A stretch of DNA of 64,000 nt from Cyanophora paradoxa CCMP329 (Eukaryota; Plantae; Glaucophyta): the NCBI GenBank assembly GCA_004431415.1, contig QPMI01000206.1:1-64000 (forward strand), given 5' to 3'. Within the stretch, counting starts at the first letter, position 1, and each line of letters begins with the position of its first letter. The position numbers were made by a program, and so were the translations under genes. Shown piece by piece: positions 1 to 9,682 of this stretch. The notes below the pieces were generated by a model that was given only the letters and a program-made list of their open reading frames with translations, did no database searches and was not told the DNA's origin.

Positions 1-1870
1 AGCTCTGCCCTCCCATAATTATCATTTGCAGTTCCCACTATGGGAATATACGAATATTTATCTTGCTGAATACTATCATTGGTCTTGAGCCATCTAAACT
101 GCTTACATCTGCTACATGAACCTGTATAGCAGAGTTGTAATTTTGGTAGGTTGCTGGGTCTGTTGGGACTCTGAATGTATCTGTGGGAATGTCAGCCTCC
201 ATGTAGCTTGACACAAAGATATTTGGTATGGTTGCTCCTGGTTGGGGTGACAAAAGAGCCTGGTATGTCCTAATATGAATGGTCCTCTCATAGCTGAATT
301 CGCAAGTGTCCCATTCACATGTACATAGTGTTCATTCAAAAGATTCTTTCAGGGACATTACAAGTCTGGTAAAGAGAACCCCAAGTTATCAAGAGGCTCT
401 CACCTTTGCGAATTCTGGTTGGTCATTGATCTCATCCCAATGTTCATGTTTGCTTGGTGGAAATCTGGTATCCCATCAATTTCCCCAATCATGCCTGTGA
501 TCTCTGGTGGATACTTTTGAGGTTTGCCTAAGATCTCATCCCAATCATGATTGTGATCCTCTGGGGGATACTTTGCAGGTTTTATTATTTGTTCATAATC
601 AGGAAAGAACTCCCAGATCTCAGGTCGAAATCCATCTGGTAACAATTTCCTCATGGGGTTCATAAGGTTGCTCAATAATCACAGCTGTGATCATGCCCAT
701 CTGGCAAATACTCCTCATCAGGTTCATAGTTCTGCTCATACTCAACTCTTGGGGATCTAAGCCATCTGGTAGTATCTCCTCCTCATTGGGGTCAAACTGA
801 TCATATTCATATTCTTGTGGGTCAAAACATCTGGTAAATATTCTTCCTCATCTGGAACGAATTGATATTCATCAAGCTCTAATATATCGACTTCAGGAGG
901 TAAATACTGCTCATCTATTTGCTTTCTGGTTCAATTATAGGTTTATTGCGAACTTGCTCCCAACTAACAATATGCTGCCCAAAGGCTACATCTTCAGTTG
1001 CTGTGTATTCTCTTCCAGGCTGTTTCTTTGGTGTTAATCGGGAGGTCCATTTGGAAATGGAATAGGGAATGGGACTGTTGGTCCATTGGGACCATAATGC
1101 TCAATGATTTCCCTTAGAGTTTTCTCACTTACAAGCTTCTCTCCATTTGCATACACATTGCTGCCATGGATATTTCGCCATTGCCTGGTTCGAATTCCAA
1201 GGTCTTTCACATTGCTATACAAAGGCAAAAGGTGCCTATCCATTTCGACTAAATCAGGGTGTAAATGGATTGCTACTGGTTGACTAGGGCTACTGTTGAT
1301 TGTAATTGATGGCTTTTTTTGATGGACATCTTTTGGAGTAAAAAACCCAAAAGGCTCATTCCTCGCAAAGTCATATGTAATATCCTTGGGGTAGACATCA
1401 TTTGTGTAGGAGACCTGATTTGTGTTGGCAATGGGACCCACTTGCAATACTTGGGGGACCTCAGCTTTTGGAGTGCTGCCCTCATTGTAAATTCGCAAAG
1501 CTGTGTTCTGTTTGCCCTGCTCATCTTGAACATTGAAAATCAATCGACCACTATCGAACCTGGAAGGTATATCTGGATGGGTGCCACTGGTTTTCAGTTT
1601 CCTAGGTCTCCTTCTTGTTGCTTTGATCTCTGCAACTTGGTTGGCTTTCACATTACCCAAACTAAAGGCTACACTGACATCCTCTTTATCTGGATCAGTT
1701 TGATTCACAGATAAAGCATGCTCCCTTGATTGAGTCTTTGATGAATTATCAGAGCTGTGGTCAATTGAAACTGAACCCTTTACTTTAATATTATCAAAGT
1801 TCACATGCTTGGTGCTGCTTGCATTATCATCTTGAATGGTTTCTAGATTGGGTGGGTAATTGAAGCTCAT
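1..1870 (-). CDS. Putative virion fibre/spike protein, split by several frameshifts and running off the window start
   Basis: ORF 1034-1870 contains LLPLYSNVKDLGIRTRQWRNIH (P-x-DLG-x-W fibre motif). Downstream frames give SWEQVRNKP, acidic EEYLPDG-type repeats and KYPPEDHNHDWDEILGKPQKYPPE (HxH-W-x-KP phage tail-fibre-like repeat). Confidence 0.6.
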
Positions 1871-1913
1871 GGCTTTTACTATATGGATTTATAAAATTCC
1901 TGATAAGTAAAAG

Positions 1914-3469
1914 ATGCCTCTCAAAGTAGTTCTCAGTTTGTCAGGGGGAGGTGCAAGGGGCATTATCATAACCAGGCTGCTCAAAGAAATCGAAAATCGA
2001 ACTGGCAGGAGAATAATCGATCTTGTGGATCTTGTGAGTGGAACTTCCACTGGTGGGATCATTGCTATTGGGTTAAACATCAGGCATCCTGATAAACCAG
2101 GTGAACCTAAACTGACAGCAAACGATTTACACAATATTTACCTAACTCAACTGCCCTTGATTTTCGCAAATCCTCGAAATATCATTGAAAATGCCCTATT
2201 TAACACAAAGTATGATGTGGGACCCTTGGAGACTGCAATCAATTCAGTTACTGGTGAATCACTAATACAGGATTCCCTTAAGGACATTGTGATCACATCC
2301 TTTGATACTCAGAATATGAAACCAATATTTATCACAAATGACAACAATTACAACTTTATGCCTTGTAAGATTGCTGCTAGGGCTACTTCTGCTGCTCCTA
2401 CATATTTCTCTCCTGTAAGCATTGTTGATTTCAATAGGGGAGTATATGTCTGTCTCATTGATGGTGCCATTTCGGGAAACAATAATCCCAGTGTGTGTGG
2501 TTACAGCCATGCAAAGAAGATTTACAGTGATGATGATGACATTATAGTAATAAGCATCTCTTGTGGAGAGGTGGACCCACATTTAGAGTCTGATTATGTG
2601 GGTTATGCTTATGAGACTGTAAACAGCTGGGGCATTCTCTCATGGATTGCCTCAACAGATGGAAGCCCATTGATTAACATGCTCATGGCTGCAAGTGAGC
2701 TATCTGCCCTTGATAAGATGGAGGAGTTGTTACCCTACAACTATGATCAGGATTATGGGAGATACTATAGGTTATCAGTCCCTCTTCCAAATCATATAGT
2801 AAGCTCCCTGGATGACACATCTAAGATCCCAGACATGCTTGCATTCACTGAAACATACATTGCAGCAAACAATGATATGATTAATAAGCTTTGCAGCCTA
2901 CTAGTAGCAAACTATGAACTAAAGAACCCTACAAAGGCTTACATTTCATCCACTCTCACTACATCACCTCCTTTGGATGCCAATTGGTATCAGCTTGCAG
3001 ATGATGCCTTTACTGCCTCATCCTCTGTGACAGGTAAAGAGCCTTTCATGGCTAGACCTTCAGCATTTGGCTGGGAAGCTGGAGCCTATGCTCCTGAACA
3101 GATATGGGAAACCCCACTGAATACCTTCAAGTTGCTTTTCCATATACTTTTGAACTCTCCTCTGTGATTGCCTATGGATCAGGGGACACCAATGCTTTTA
3201 TTAAGACTTTCAATGTGGCAACATCCACTGATGGGATCAACTGGTCTTTTATTCGATCAGATGGGCAAAACAAAATATATGTCTGTGAGAACATTAACAA
3301 TGCTCACAACTCTGGTGATGTGGCTCTATTGAGTGGGTTCCCTCTCAGCATCAAGGATGCTTTTTACATAGGTTATTCTCTGAGAATAAGATATATTCGC
3401 ATTTATCCCCTTGTGTATGTGAATGCTCCCACAATGAGAGTTGACTTTACAGGTGCCTTTATTCGATAA
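1914..3469 (+). CDS. Patatin-like phospholipase fused to an F5/8 type C (discoidin) domain; one frameshift near 3105
   Basis: Patatin motifs LSLSGGGARG, GTSTGG (catalytic Ser), ATSAAPTYF and DGA. The discoidin starts in ORF 1914 (AFTASS...W) and continues in ORF 3104 (EYLQVAF, STDGINW, RYIRIYP, MRVDF). Confidence 0.88.
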
Positions 3470-4390
3470 ACTCCAACTGAAAAGAATTATCGATTCCATT
3501 CATATCAATCAGTTCACCAAAGTAATCTTTAAACTCCACAGTGAGTTCCCTTATCACCAGGTTTCTGTCATTGATTTGAATAAATTCTGCATGTTCACCA
3601 CTATGGTAAACATAGCCCCCTATATCTTTACTCAATTGCAATCTAAGGATAGCTCCCTGGTTTTGTGGTTGCGATTTTGGAATTATATTGTGTCTGCTGG
3701 CAAAGGGGGACAGCTCTTTAATATGCATGTACAGATACTGCTCAGCATTCATATCAGACATCTTCCTGCTGTCAAAATAATATTGCAAGGGCTTAGAGGA
3801 GAGTCTGGGTCCTGAGAAGGTGATTCCCATGCTGGGTGATCAGGTGTAATAGGTTTGCCATCATACTTTAAAAGGTTCTCAGGTCGATAGGGAGATCCAC
3901 CAACAGGAGGAGTGCTATAATACCCAGTGGTGTATTCAGTAGAACTTACACCCAAAAGCTTTCCTATTCTCTGGTTGCTTGCAATAAAACGAAACTCATG
4001 GTTACTGTAAAACTCCACTTTATAGGTTGTTGGGTTGTAGAATATCTTGAACTCAAAAGCTACTGTTTTGCCTGCAATAGTTTGGAAGCTTGAATAGTTC
4101 AGCCCATAATTATAAGGGTGTGTGACCCCAAAATGACCCTGATTGATGTAGCCACTGGGAAGGGGATACACTTGTTGTGTGATCACTTGGTTATATGAAC
4201 CATCTTGGTAATTAAACTGAACTGTTAGATGATCAGTTCCCACACTGTTATAGATACTGTTTGGAATCTCTGCATAGAGAACCCTACATTCCCTTGGTCT
4301 CTCTACTGGAGTTGTGAGGGTGACCCTGTAAGAGTTTTCATTTTGTCCTTGGCTTCTATCCCTGCTATCAATATTAACGAGCCGGTTCAT
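3459..4390 (-). CDS. Minor capsid protein (penton, single jelly-roll) 1; frameshift near 3830
   Basis: N-terminal VNIDSRDR...YRVTL...LYAEIPNS and C-terminal YLYMHIKEL...LTVEFKDYFGELIDMNGIDNSFQLEF, typical of PLV/NCLDV pentons. Confidence 0.85.
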
Positions 4391-4418
4391 TTTAATATAT
4401 AATATAGATAAAAGAAGA

Positions 4419-5427
4419 ATGCCTGTGGATTACATCGAGGTTAGCTCATTTAATACAATCTCTGGTGATGGTCCCACATCAAGCTTTGTGGCTAGACTCC
4501 CCAGTAGTTATGAGAATGTGAGGGCTGTGAGACTGGTCTCAGCCGAATTTTATAACAGTATCCCTATGGTGAGTGGTGAAACCAAAGCAGGAGATGTGAC
4601 AGTTGACAATGCATTTAGCATTTATTATTCTGAACAAACTCCTGGAGCTGGAAGCTCAGGAATTCCAACAGTTCGCCCAGCTGCTGACTATGAACAATGG
4701 AAACAATTCATTATAAGTCGAAACACCCCATCCAAAGCCACCAGCAACTGGTGAATGTAATTAACTCTAAATTCGAAGGCAGAAATCCCAACCATCCATT
4801 CGCTGCAAATGGGATGAATCACTGAAACGAATTATATTCCACTCAGCAGTACCATTTTACTTGGCTTTCTCAGTAGCTGTGAACCCAAGCCAACAAACAA
4901 TCCAAAAGCTGTTGAGTTCAGCTAGACTGCTGGGTCTTGATCCTGGAAGATATGGTAACTCCCCAATCCAATCACAGGTCTATGATGCTCTCACTGATGG
5001 AATCTTTACTGGTGGTCGCGTGAATGGCATTATATCTTCTTTTGAGCCTGAGAAGACCAGGGACAGTGTTTTGTTTGTGAGAGTAAAGGAGCTGGGTGAT
5101 CTGGTGCAATGTGGGGATGGTCTTCTGACTGGTTACTTTCACAAAATAGTGGTCCCTGATAAAGACTATGGTGAGCATGTTGTTTACAATTCAACAGAAG
5201 CTCACCCACTTTACAAATACTATAATAAAAAGGTTGGATTATCCACTTTCTCGGTTGATATTGTAAATGCTATTAATGAACCAATTGATTTTGAGGGTCA
5301 ACCTGTTCATCTTACCTTTGAAATTCGCTATGGTGATGAGCCAGCTGGGGACCCAGTTTATGAATACTTCAAGATGCGAATGTCACAGCTTCACCCTTCC
5401 TATCCAGTTATTACAAACTTCGCATAA
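4419..5427 (+). CDS. Minor capsid protein (penton) 2; frameshifts at ~4720-4860
   Basis: IEVSS...SSFVARLPSSYENVRAVRLVSAEFYNS and VLFVRVKEL...LSTFSVDIVNAINEPIDFEGQPVHLTFEI; same fold signature as penton 1. Confidence 0.8.
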
Positions 5428-5480
5428 ATTAAGGATCATTGGTAGATTTTTTATGTTGCAGTATAATAAAAGAGAATATA

Positions 5481-6851
5481 ATGGATATCACTTCCACTCT
5501 TCAAAGACTTTCGCTGAAAGAAGCCCTAACAACCCCAGAAGAGGCGAAAGCCTTTTTCCTGGATAACTCCCTTATGCTTGGTCTCGAATCCAAATCTAAG
5601 CCAGTTCTAGTTGTTGTGAATCCCAGCAATACTTTTGAGAATAATGTTGGAAATCGCATTTCCTTCAAGCTACCTCGCTACAATTTCTGTGGAAAACTCG
5701 AACTTGCTTTCGACCTTCCAGCCATCACGTTTGCTGGTGATACTGACCTAGTTCGCAATGGATACACTCGCCCAGTTGGTGCTTTAGTTCAGCGACTTGA
5801 AATTACCTATGGATCTTACACCTACCATATTCCATCTGATTTCCTTGCTCATTTCCCCCTGGTCTATTATTCGGAGGATCAACTAGCTAAAAAGAAGCGA
5901 TCAATGGGCATGGTTCATGGCATCCCTGCTCATGGAACCAACCGCCTTGGTGGCTCATTCTTTGTTGAAATCCCTGTGCCTTGGCTAAATCACTACCTTC
6001 CCCTTGGTGCTTTATCTGGTGAAATGGTTGTTACTGTTTGGTTTAAGGATGCTGGAAAGGGTTATGTTGAAACTTCCTATGGTGGTCGCTCTCTCCCTGT
6101 TGTTGGTGGGACAGTTGCTGATAAGACAGAAGATGATGGTCTTGGTGATACTGCTAATGCCACACTTGCCCATGTTGGTCAAAATATCACAACTTTCAGT
6201 CTTGGTGCAACAACTCCTGTTATTTCTATTACTTCTCCTCGCCTTTACATGCATGCTATTAATGTTTCTGATGAGCTTTTCGCTACTGTCATTGAAAAGG
6301 TTAAGACAACTGGCATGGCTATTCCCTCCCTTGATATTGGATTTGTAGATGCTAGTGCTTTCCCTGCCAAGGGCAATGCCCAACCCAATCGAATTAACCT
6401 CTCTCAAATCTCAGGTCTTGTATATGCTCTGCTTGTTTCAGTTCGTGATCATGAAACTGTTGACAAATCCAATGGCTCCCACAGTGTTCTTAAGACCTAT
6501 GCCAACTCCAAAGACATCACATTCACAACTGAAATAAATGGTCAGCGACTTTTTGCCACTGAGCCAATTTCCCTACTCAAAGGTGCTGAGCTAATTGCTG
6601 ATGCCTTCAAATGCTCTAACATGGATAAGGTTGCTGATCGCTATGTCCTCTCAGGACTCCCATTCTGTCTTGATGGAGAAAAGGCAATTCGAAATATTGC
6701 CCAGTCTGGTTATGTTGATTTAACAAATTCCTCTTCTTCCTTCCTCACCCTCTACATGCCCTCAGATAAGGTAATCGATGTTAATGTTCGCGCTCTCATG
6801 CATTCGTTTATAATTTTGGACAAGGATGGTTTAAGGCGTATAAATTTGTAG
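5481..6851 (+). CDS. Double jelly-roll major capsid protein
   Basis: ~456 aa from ATG 5481. Motifs ISFKLPR, LELAFDLPAI, LVQRLEITYG and FFVEIPVPWL...YLPLGAL...MVVTVWF. Lies between the penton genes and the packaging ATPase. Confidence 0.88.
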   Translation: MDITSTLQRLSLKEALTTPEEAKAFFLDNSLMLGLESKSKPVLVVVNPSNTFENNVGNRISFKLPRYNFCGKLELAFDLPAITFAGDTDLVRNGYTRPVGALVQRLEITYGSYTYHIPSDFLAHFPLVYYSEDQLAKKKRSMGMVHGIPAHGTNRLGGSFFVEIPVPWLNHYLPLGALSGEMVVTVWFKDAGKGYVETSYGGRSLPVVGGTVADKTEDDGLGDTANATLAHVGQNITTFSLGATTPVISITSPRLYMHAINVSDELFATVIEKVKTTGMAIPSLDIGFVDASAFPAKGNAQPNRINLSQISGLVYALLVSVRDHETVDKSNGSHSVLKTYANSKDITFTTEINGQRLFATEPISLLKGAELIADAFKCSNMDKVADRYVLSGLPFCLDGEKAIRNIAQSGYVDLTNSSSSFLTLYMPSDKVIDVNVRALMHSFIILDKDGLRRINL

Positions 6852-6916
6852 ATTGTTACGATATTCAGTCACCATGCATTATTTTTATCTGTATTTATTT
6901 AGAAAGATATACAACA

Positions 6917-7699
6917 ATGAATGATTTGGATGAATTTGTGGCTGGTGAAATGATAGAACCACCATTTCGAGTCCTAGCAATTGGGAAATCAGCAACTGGT
7001 AAATCAGAAGCTGTAAAATATTGGTTGAAGCAGTTGCATGATGCCAAAAAGATTGATGTTGTATTAGTTGTGAGTGGAACCAGCTTCAATCATTTCTGGG
7101 ATAAAGTTGCAACATTGCAACTGGGAAAATGGGATGCCCCTTACATTGCTAAATTGCTAGATGAAAGGCAAGAGAAAATAGAAAAAGGTGAACCTGTTAA
7201 CCAGTTATGTGTGGTTCTAGATGATTTAATCGATAATGAGATTGTAGACCTAACTCGTGATAAAATTATTGGCTCTCTGTATTCCAGAGGTCGCCATTCG
7301 AAAATATCCATTATCTGCATCACACAAAAGCTAAGGAAAGTCTCTTCGACTATTCGAGTTAATTCGGACTATGCTATGTTTTTAAGTGCTGCAAATCGCA
7401 AAGAACTGGAAGCCATAGAGGAAGAATACAATATAATGCGAAATAAAGAGGATTTTTACAAGATGTTTGAAGAGTATGTTCACTCCTATCAGTATATTAT
7501 TTGGTCCTCTGCAAACTACTCAGTTAAATACTATGTAGATAAAGCTGAGCTTGTGAAAGATTTCCCATTTCCTCGCTTCCACAGAAAGCCAAAAAAGAAA
7601 GAAGATGAACTGAAACCTCCAGAGAAAGAGGAAGCCCCTAAAGAAGTGAAAAGCCAAGTCCATAGCAATAAATTGATGCGATATAAACGCGGTTTATAA
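6917..7699 (+). CDS. A32-like (FtsK/HerA superfamily) DNA packaging ATPase
   Basis: Walker A GKSATGKS, Walker B LCVVLDD, A32 motifs SRGRHSKISIICITQ and IRVNSDY. Confidence 0.93.
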   Translation: MNDLDEFVAGEMIEPPFRVLAIGKSATGKSEAVKYWLKQLHDAKKIDVVLVVSGTSFNHFWDKVATLQLGKWDAPYIAKLLDERQEKIEKGEPVNQLCVVLDDLIDNEIVDLTRDKIIGSLYSRGRHSKISIICITQKLRKVSSTIRVNSDYAMFLSAANRKELEAIEEEYNIMRNKEDFYKMFEEYVHSYQYIIWSSANYSVKYYVDKAELVKDFPFPRFHRKPKKKEDELKPPEKEEAPKEVKSQVHSNKLMRYKRGL

Positions 7700-7727
7700 A
7701 ATTATCTCTCATTCTAATAAAGATACA

Positions 7728-8462
7728 ATGCCTCCCAAACGAAAGATAGGGATCCCAGCTGGGGCTGTTGGCTATTCAGGTGGTGGAAACAATGGATCCA
7801 TTAATACTGAACCAATGAAATTCAATGGTATGAATGAGGTGAAGCCCTCACAGCAAGAAGAGGACCCTCTTAATGCTGCCTATGAGGAATCAGTCGATGA
7901 TAAAGCCCCACAGGCTTCAACCAGTGATCAACTCAACATCTCACCAGAAGCTTCGAAAATGAGGGCTGTTGCTGAGGGTGCCAGGCGAATTATTGGTGCT
8001 GCTGATGATAAAGGTTTAGGCTTGCAAGATCTATCACTGGCTCGCAAAGGTGAAGGTCTTAGTAAGGAATCAGACAAGGTAATCCAGTCCATGGCTGGTG
8101 AAGTCACATATAAGACTGCTCCCACTCAAAATATTCATCGAATTCCCAAGGCTCAATGGGATGAGATGACTGCTAAACTCAAAGATCTGGAAGCCAAATC
8201 CAGTGCTTTGGAGCAGTATGTTACTGAGAAGAAAGAGAGAGCCAAGCTAAAGGAGATGCTTCGAAAGGAAGTTTATAAAATGGGCATTACTGGTGTCCCA
8301 GATAAACAGTTTATTGCTAAGAAAGAGAACCAAATCGATGAGCAAGCAGTAGATGAAATGAAAACAAAGACCCAAAAGGGAACCATTGAACCTGGTGCCA
8401 CTAAAGCTGAAGTAGAAAAGGGAGTAGCTCCCACAGTATATAAAAGACGAGTTTGGCTTTAA
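7728..8462 (+). CDS. Hypothetical viral protein (coiled-coil; basic N-terminus MPPKRK)
   Basis: Intact 244-aa ORF, co-oriented with neighbours and with viral composition; no recognisable motif. Confidence 0.75.
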   Translation: MPPKRKIGIPAGAVGYSGGGNNGSINTEPMKFNGMNEVKPSQQEEDPLNAAYEESVDDKAPQASTSDQLNISPEASKMRAVAEGARRIIGAADDKGLGLQDLSLARKGEGLSKESDKVIQSMAGEVTYKTAPTQNIHRIPKAQWDEMTAKLKDLEAKSSALEQYVTEKKERAKLKEMLRKEVYKMGITGVPDKQFIAKKENQIDEQAVDEMKTKTQKGTIEPGATKAEVEKGVAPTVYKRRVWL

Positions 8463-8484
8463 TTTTCTCTGTTTTATTAGAGAC

Positions 8485-8757
8485 ATGGATATAATACGAA
8501 AGTTTATTGAGATGCTCAGTCTGCATGTGGTAAGCAATTGCCACAGTGGATGCTGTGACACAACAATAGAGTTTGAGATGTCAGATACTGAGGATAATGT
8601 ATCTGAGGCAAGAGAGAGAAGGAGATCAACAGTTTCTGTGGAGTCAATGCCAGCAGACCCCACAGAGTATACATATGAGCAACAGGAGTATCCAAGGAGA
8701 AGTTCTCTGCCAGCAGAAAACGTTTTCTCTGGGAATATAAATGGAGGACACTATTAG
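8485..8757 (+). CDS. Small hypothetical viral protein
   Basis: 90-aa ORF tightly packed between neighbours, with an AT-rich leader. Confidence 0.6.
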   Translation: MDIIRKFIEMLSLHVVSNCHSGCCDTTIEFEMSDTEDNVSEARERRRSTVSVESMPADPTEYTYEQQEYPRRSSLPAENVFSGNINGGHY

Positions 8758-8986
8758 TTTAATCGAGTTTACCAGTGATGAACCTGTTACTGAGGGTTCT
8801 ATTAGACACATACTAGCAATGCAGAAACGATATAGAGAGGACCCAGAATATAGAGAGTATAAAAAGCAGCAAGCCCTGGCATCCTATTATCGCAGAAAAG
8901 CCCAAAAAGAGGAGCAGAGACCCAGAGGGAGACCGATTAAATATTATTTGCCTACTGATAGTAGCAATGGACCCCCAGGTCTATAA
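8741..8986 (+). CDS. Small basic DNA-binding protein with AT-hook-like motif
   Basis: QKRYREDPEYREYKKQQALASYYRRK...RPRGRPIKY; paralogous to ORF 9139. Confidence 0.7.
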   Translation: MEDTISLIEFTSDEPVTEGSIRHILAMQKRYREDPEYREYKKQQALASYYRRKAQKEEQRPRGRPIKYYLPTDSSNGPPGL

Positions 8987-9064
8987 GATAATTGAGAAAA
9001 AGCGGTCTCAGTATGCCACTGAGGCAGCTATAAAAGTTTACAGACAGGAACTGGTGTTCGCAAC

Positions 9065-9080
9065 AAAAAATGACTTAAGG
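9065..9080 (+). promoter_or_regulatory. Candidate early-type viral promoter motif AAAAAATGACTTAAG (related copies at 9580-9593 and 12466-12480)
   Basis: Related motif 36-90 nt upstream of three non-structural ORFs (9139, 9683, 12517). Confidence 0.45.
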
Positions 9081-9138
9081 AAAAAGTAGATAGATTGTAT
9101 TGAGGAAAAATTATTTTCGTATCTACTATTAAAGAGAA

Positions 9139-9465
9139 ATGCCGAATATCCGCAAGATACTCACAGATGATGAAAAAGCAGAGAAGCTGAGACTGAAAAG
9201 GGAGCAAGATGCCCAAAGAAAACGCGAAGCCTATCATAAAAAGAAGCAGGAACGATTATCCCAAGGAGCCGCTACAGTTCACACACCAGAAGAACTCAAA
9301 AAGATTGCCCTCAGACACCAGAGGAAATACAGGGAAAATGAAGAATATCGCGAGCAAAAAAAGGCAAAAGCGCTGGAATATTACCACAAGAAGAAAGATG
9401 AACAGCCCAAGAAACCCAAAGAGCATAAACCGGTTGGAAGACCTCGGAAATATATCGAAGAATAA
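9139..9465 (+). CDS. Small basic DNA-binding protein with AT-hook-like motif (paralogue of 8741)
   Basis: QRKYRENEEYREQKKAKALEYYHKKK...KPVGRPRKY. Confidence 0.75.
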   Translation: MPNIRKILTDDEKAEKLRLKREQDAQRKREAYHKKKQERLSQGAATVHTPEELKKIALRHQRKYRENEEYREQKKAKALEYYHKKKDEQPKKPKEHKPVGRPRKYIEE

Positions 9466-9682
9466 ATTCTCGATCGAAACAAATTTTGTAGAAATCGATT
9501 TGATCGGAGGCAAAAAAATGACAGCTTTCTTCCCTCTTTTTTAAAACTGTACCTATATATCGAGACAGTATCCCGACCCAAAACTACTTAAGGACTTGGC
9601 AAATAATAGGATATATATAAAAGACAATTCCTCCTTCCGAAATTATTTTCTTCGTTAAAGGTAGAAGTCCCCAAAATCGAAA

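Noticed and set aside
3100-3115. Programmed -1 frameshift at GGGAAAC joining patatin and discoidin
   Set aside because: The heptamer is in the wrong phase: the patatin frame reads TGG GAA ACC, not G GGA AAC. A simple indel is more likely.
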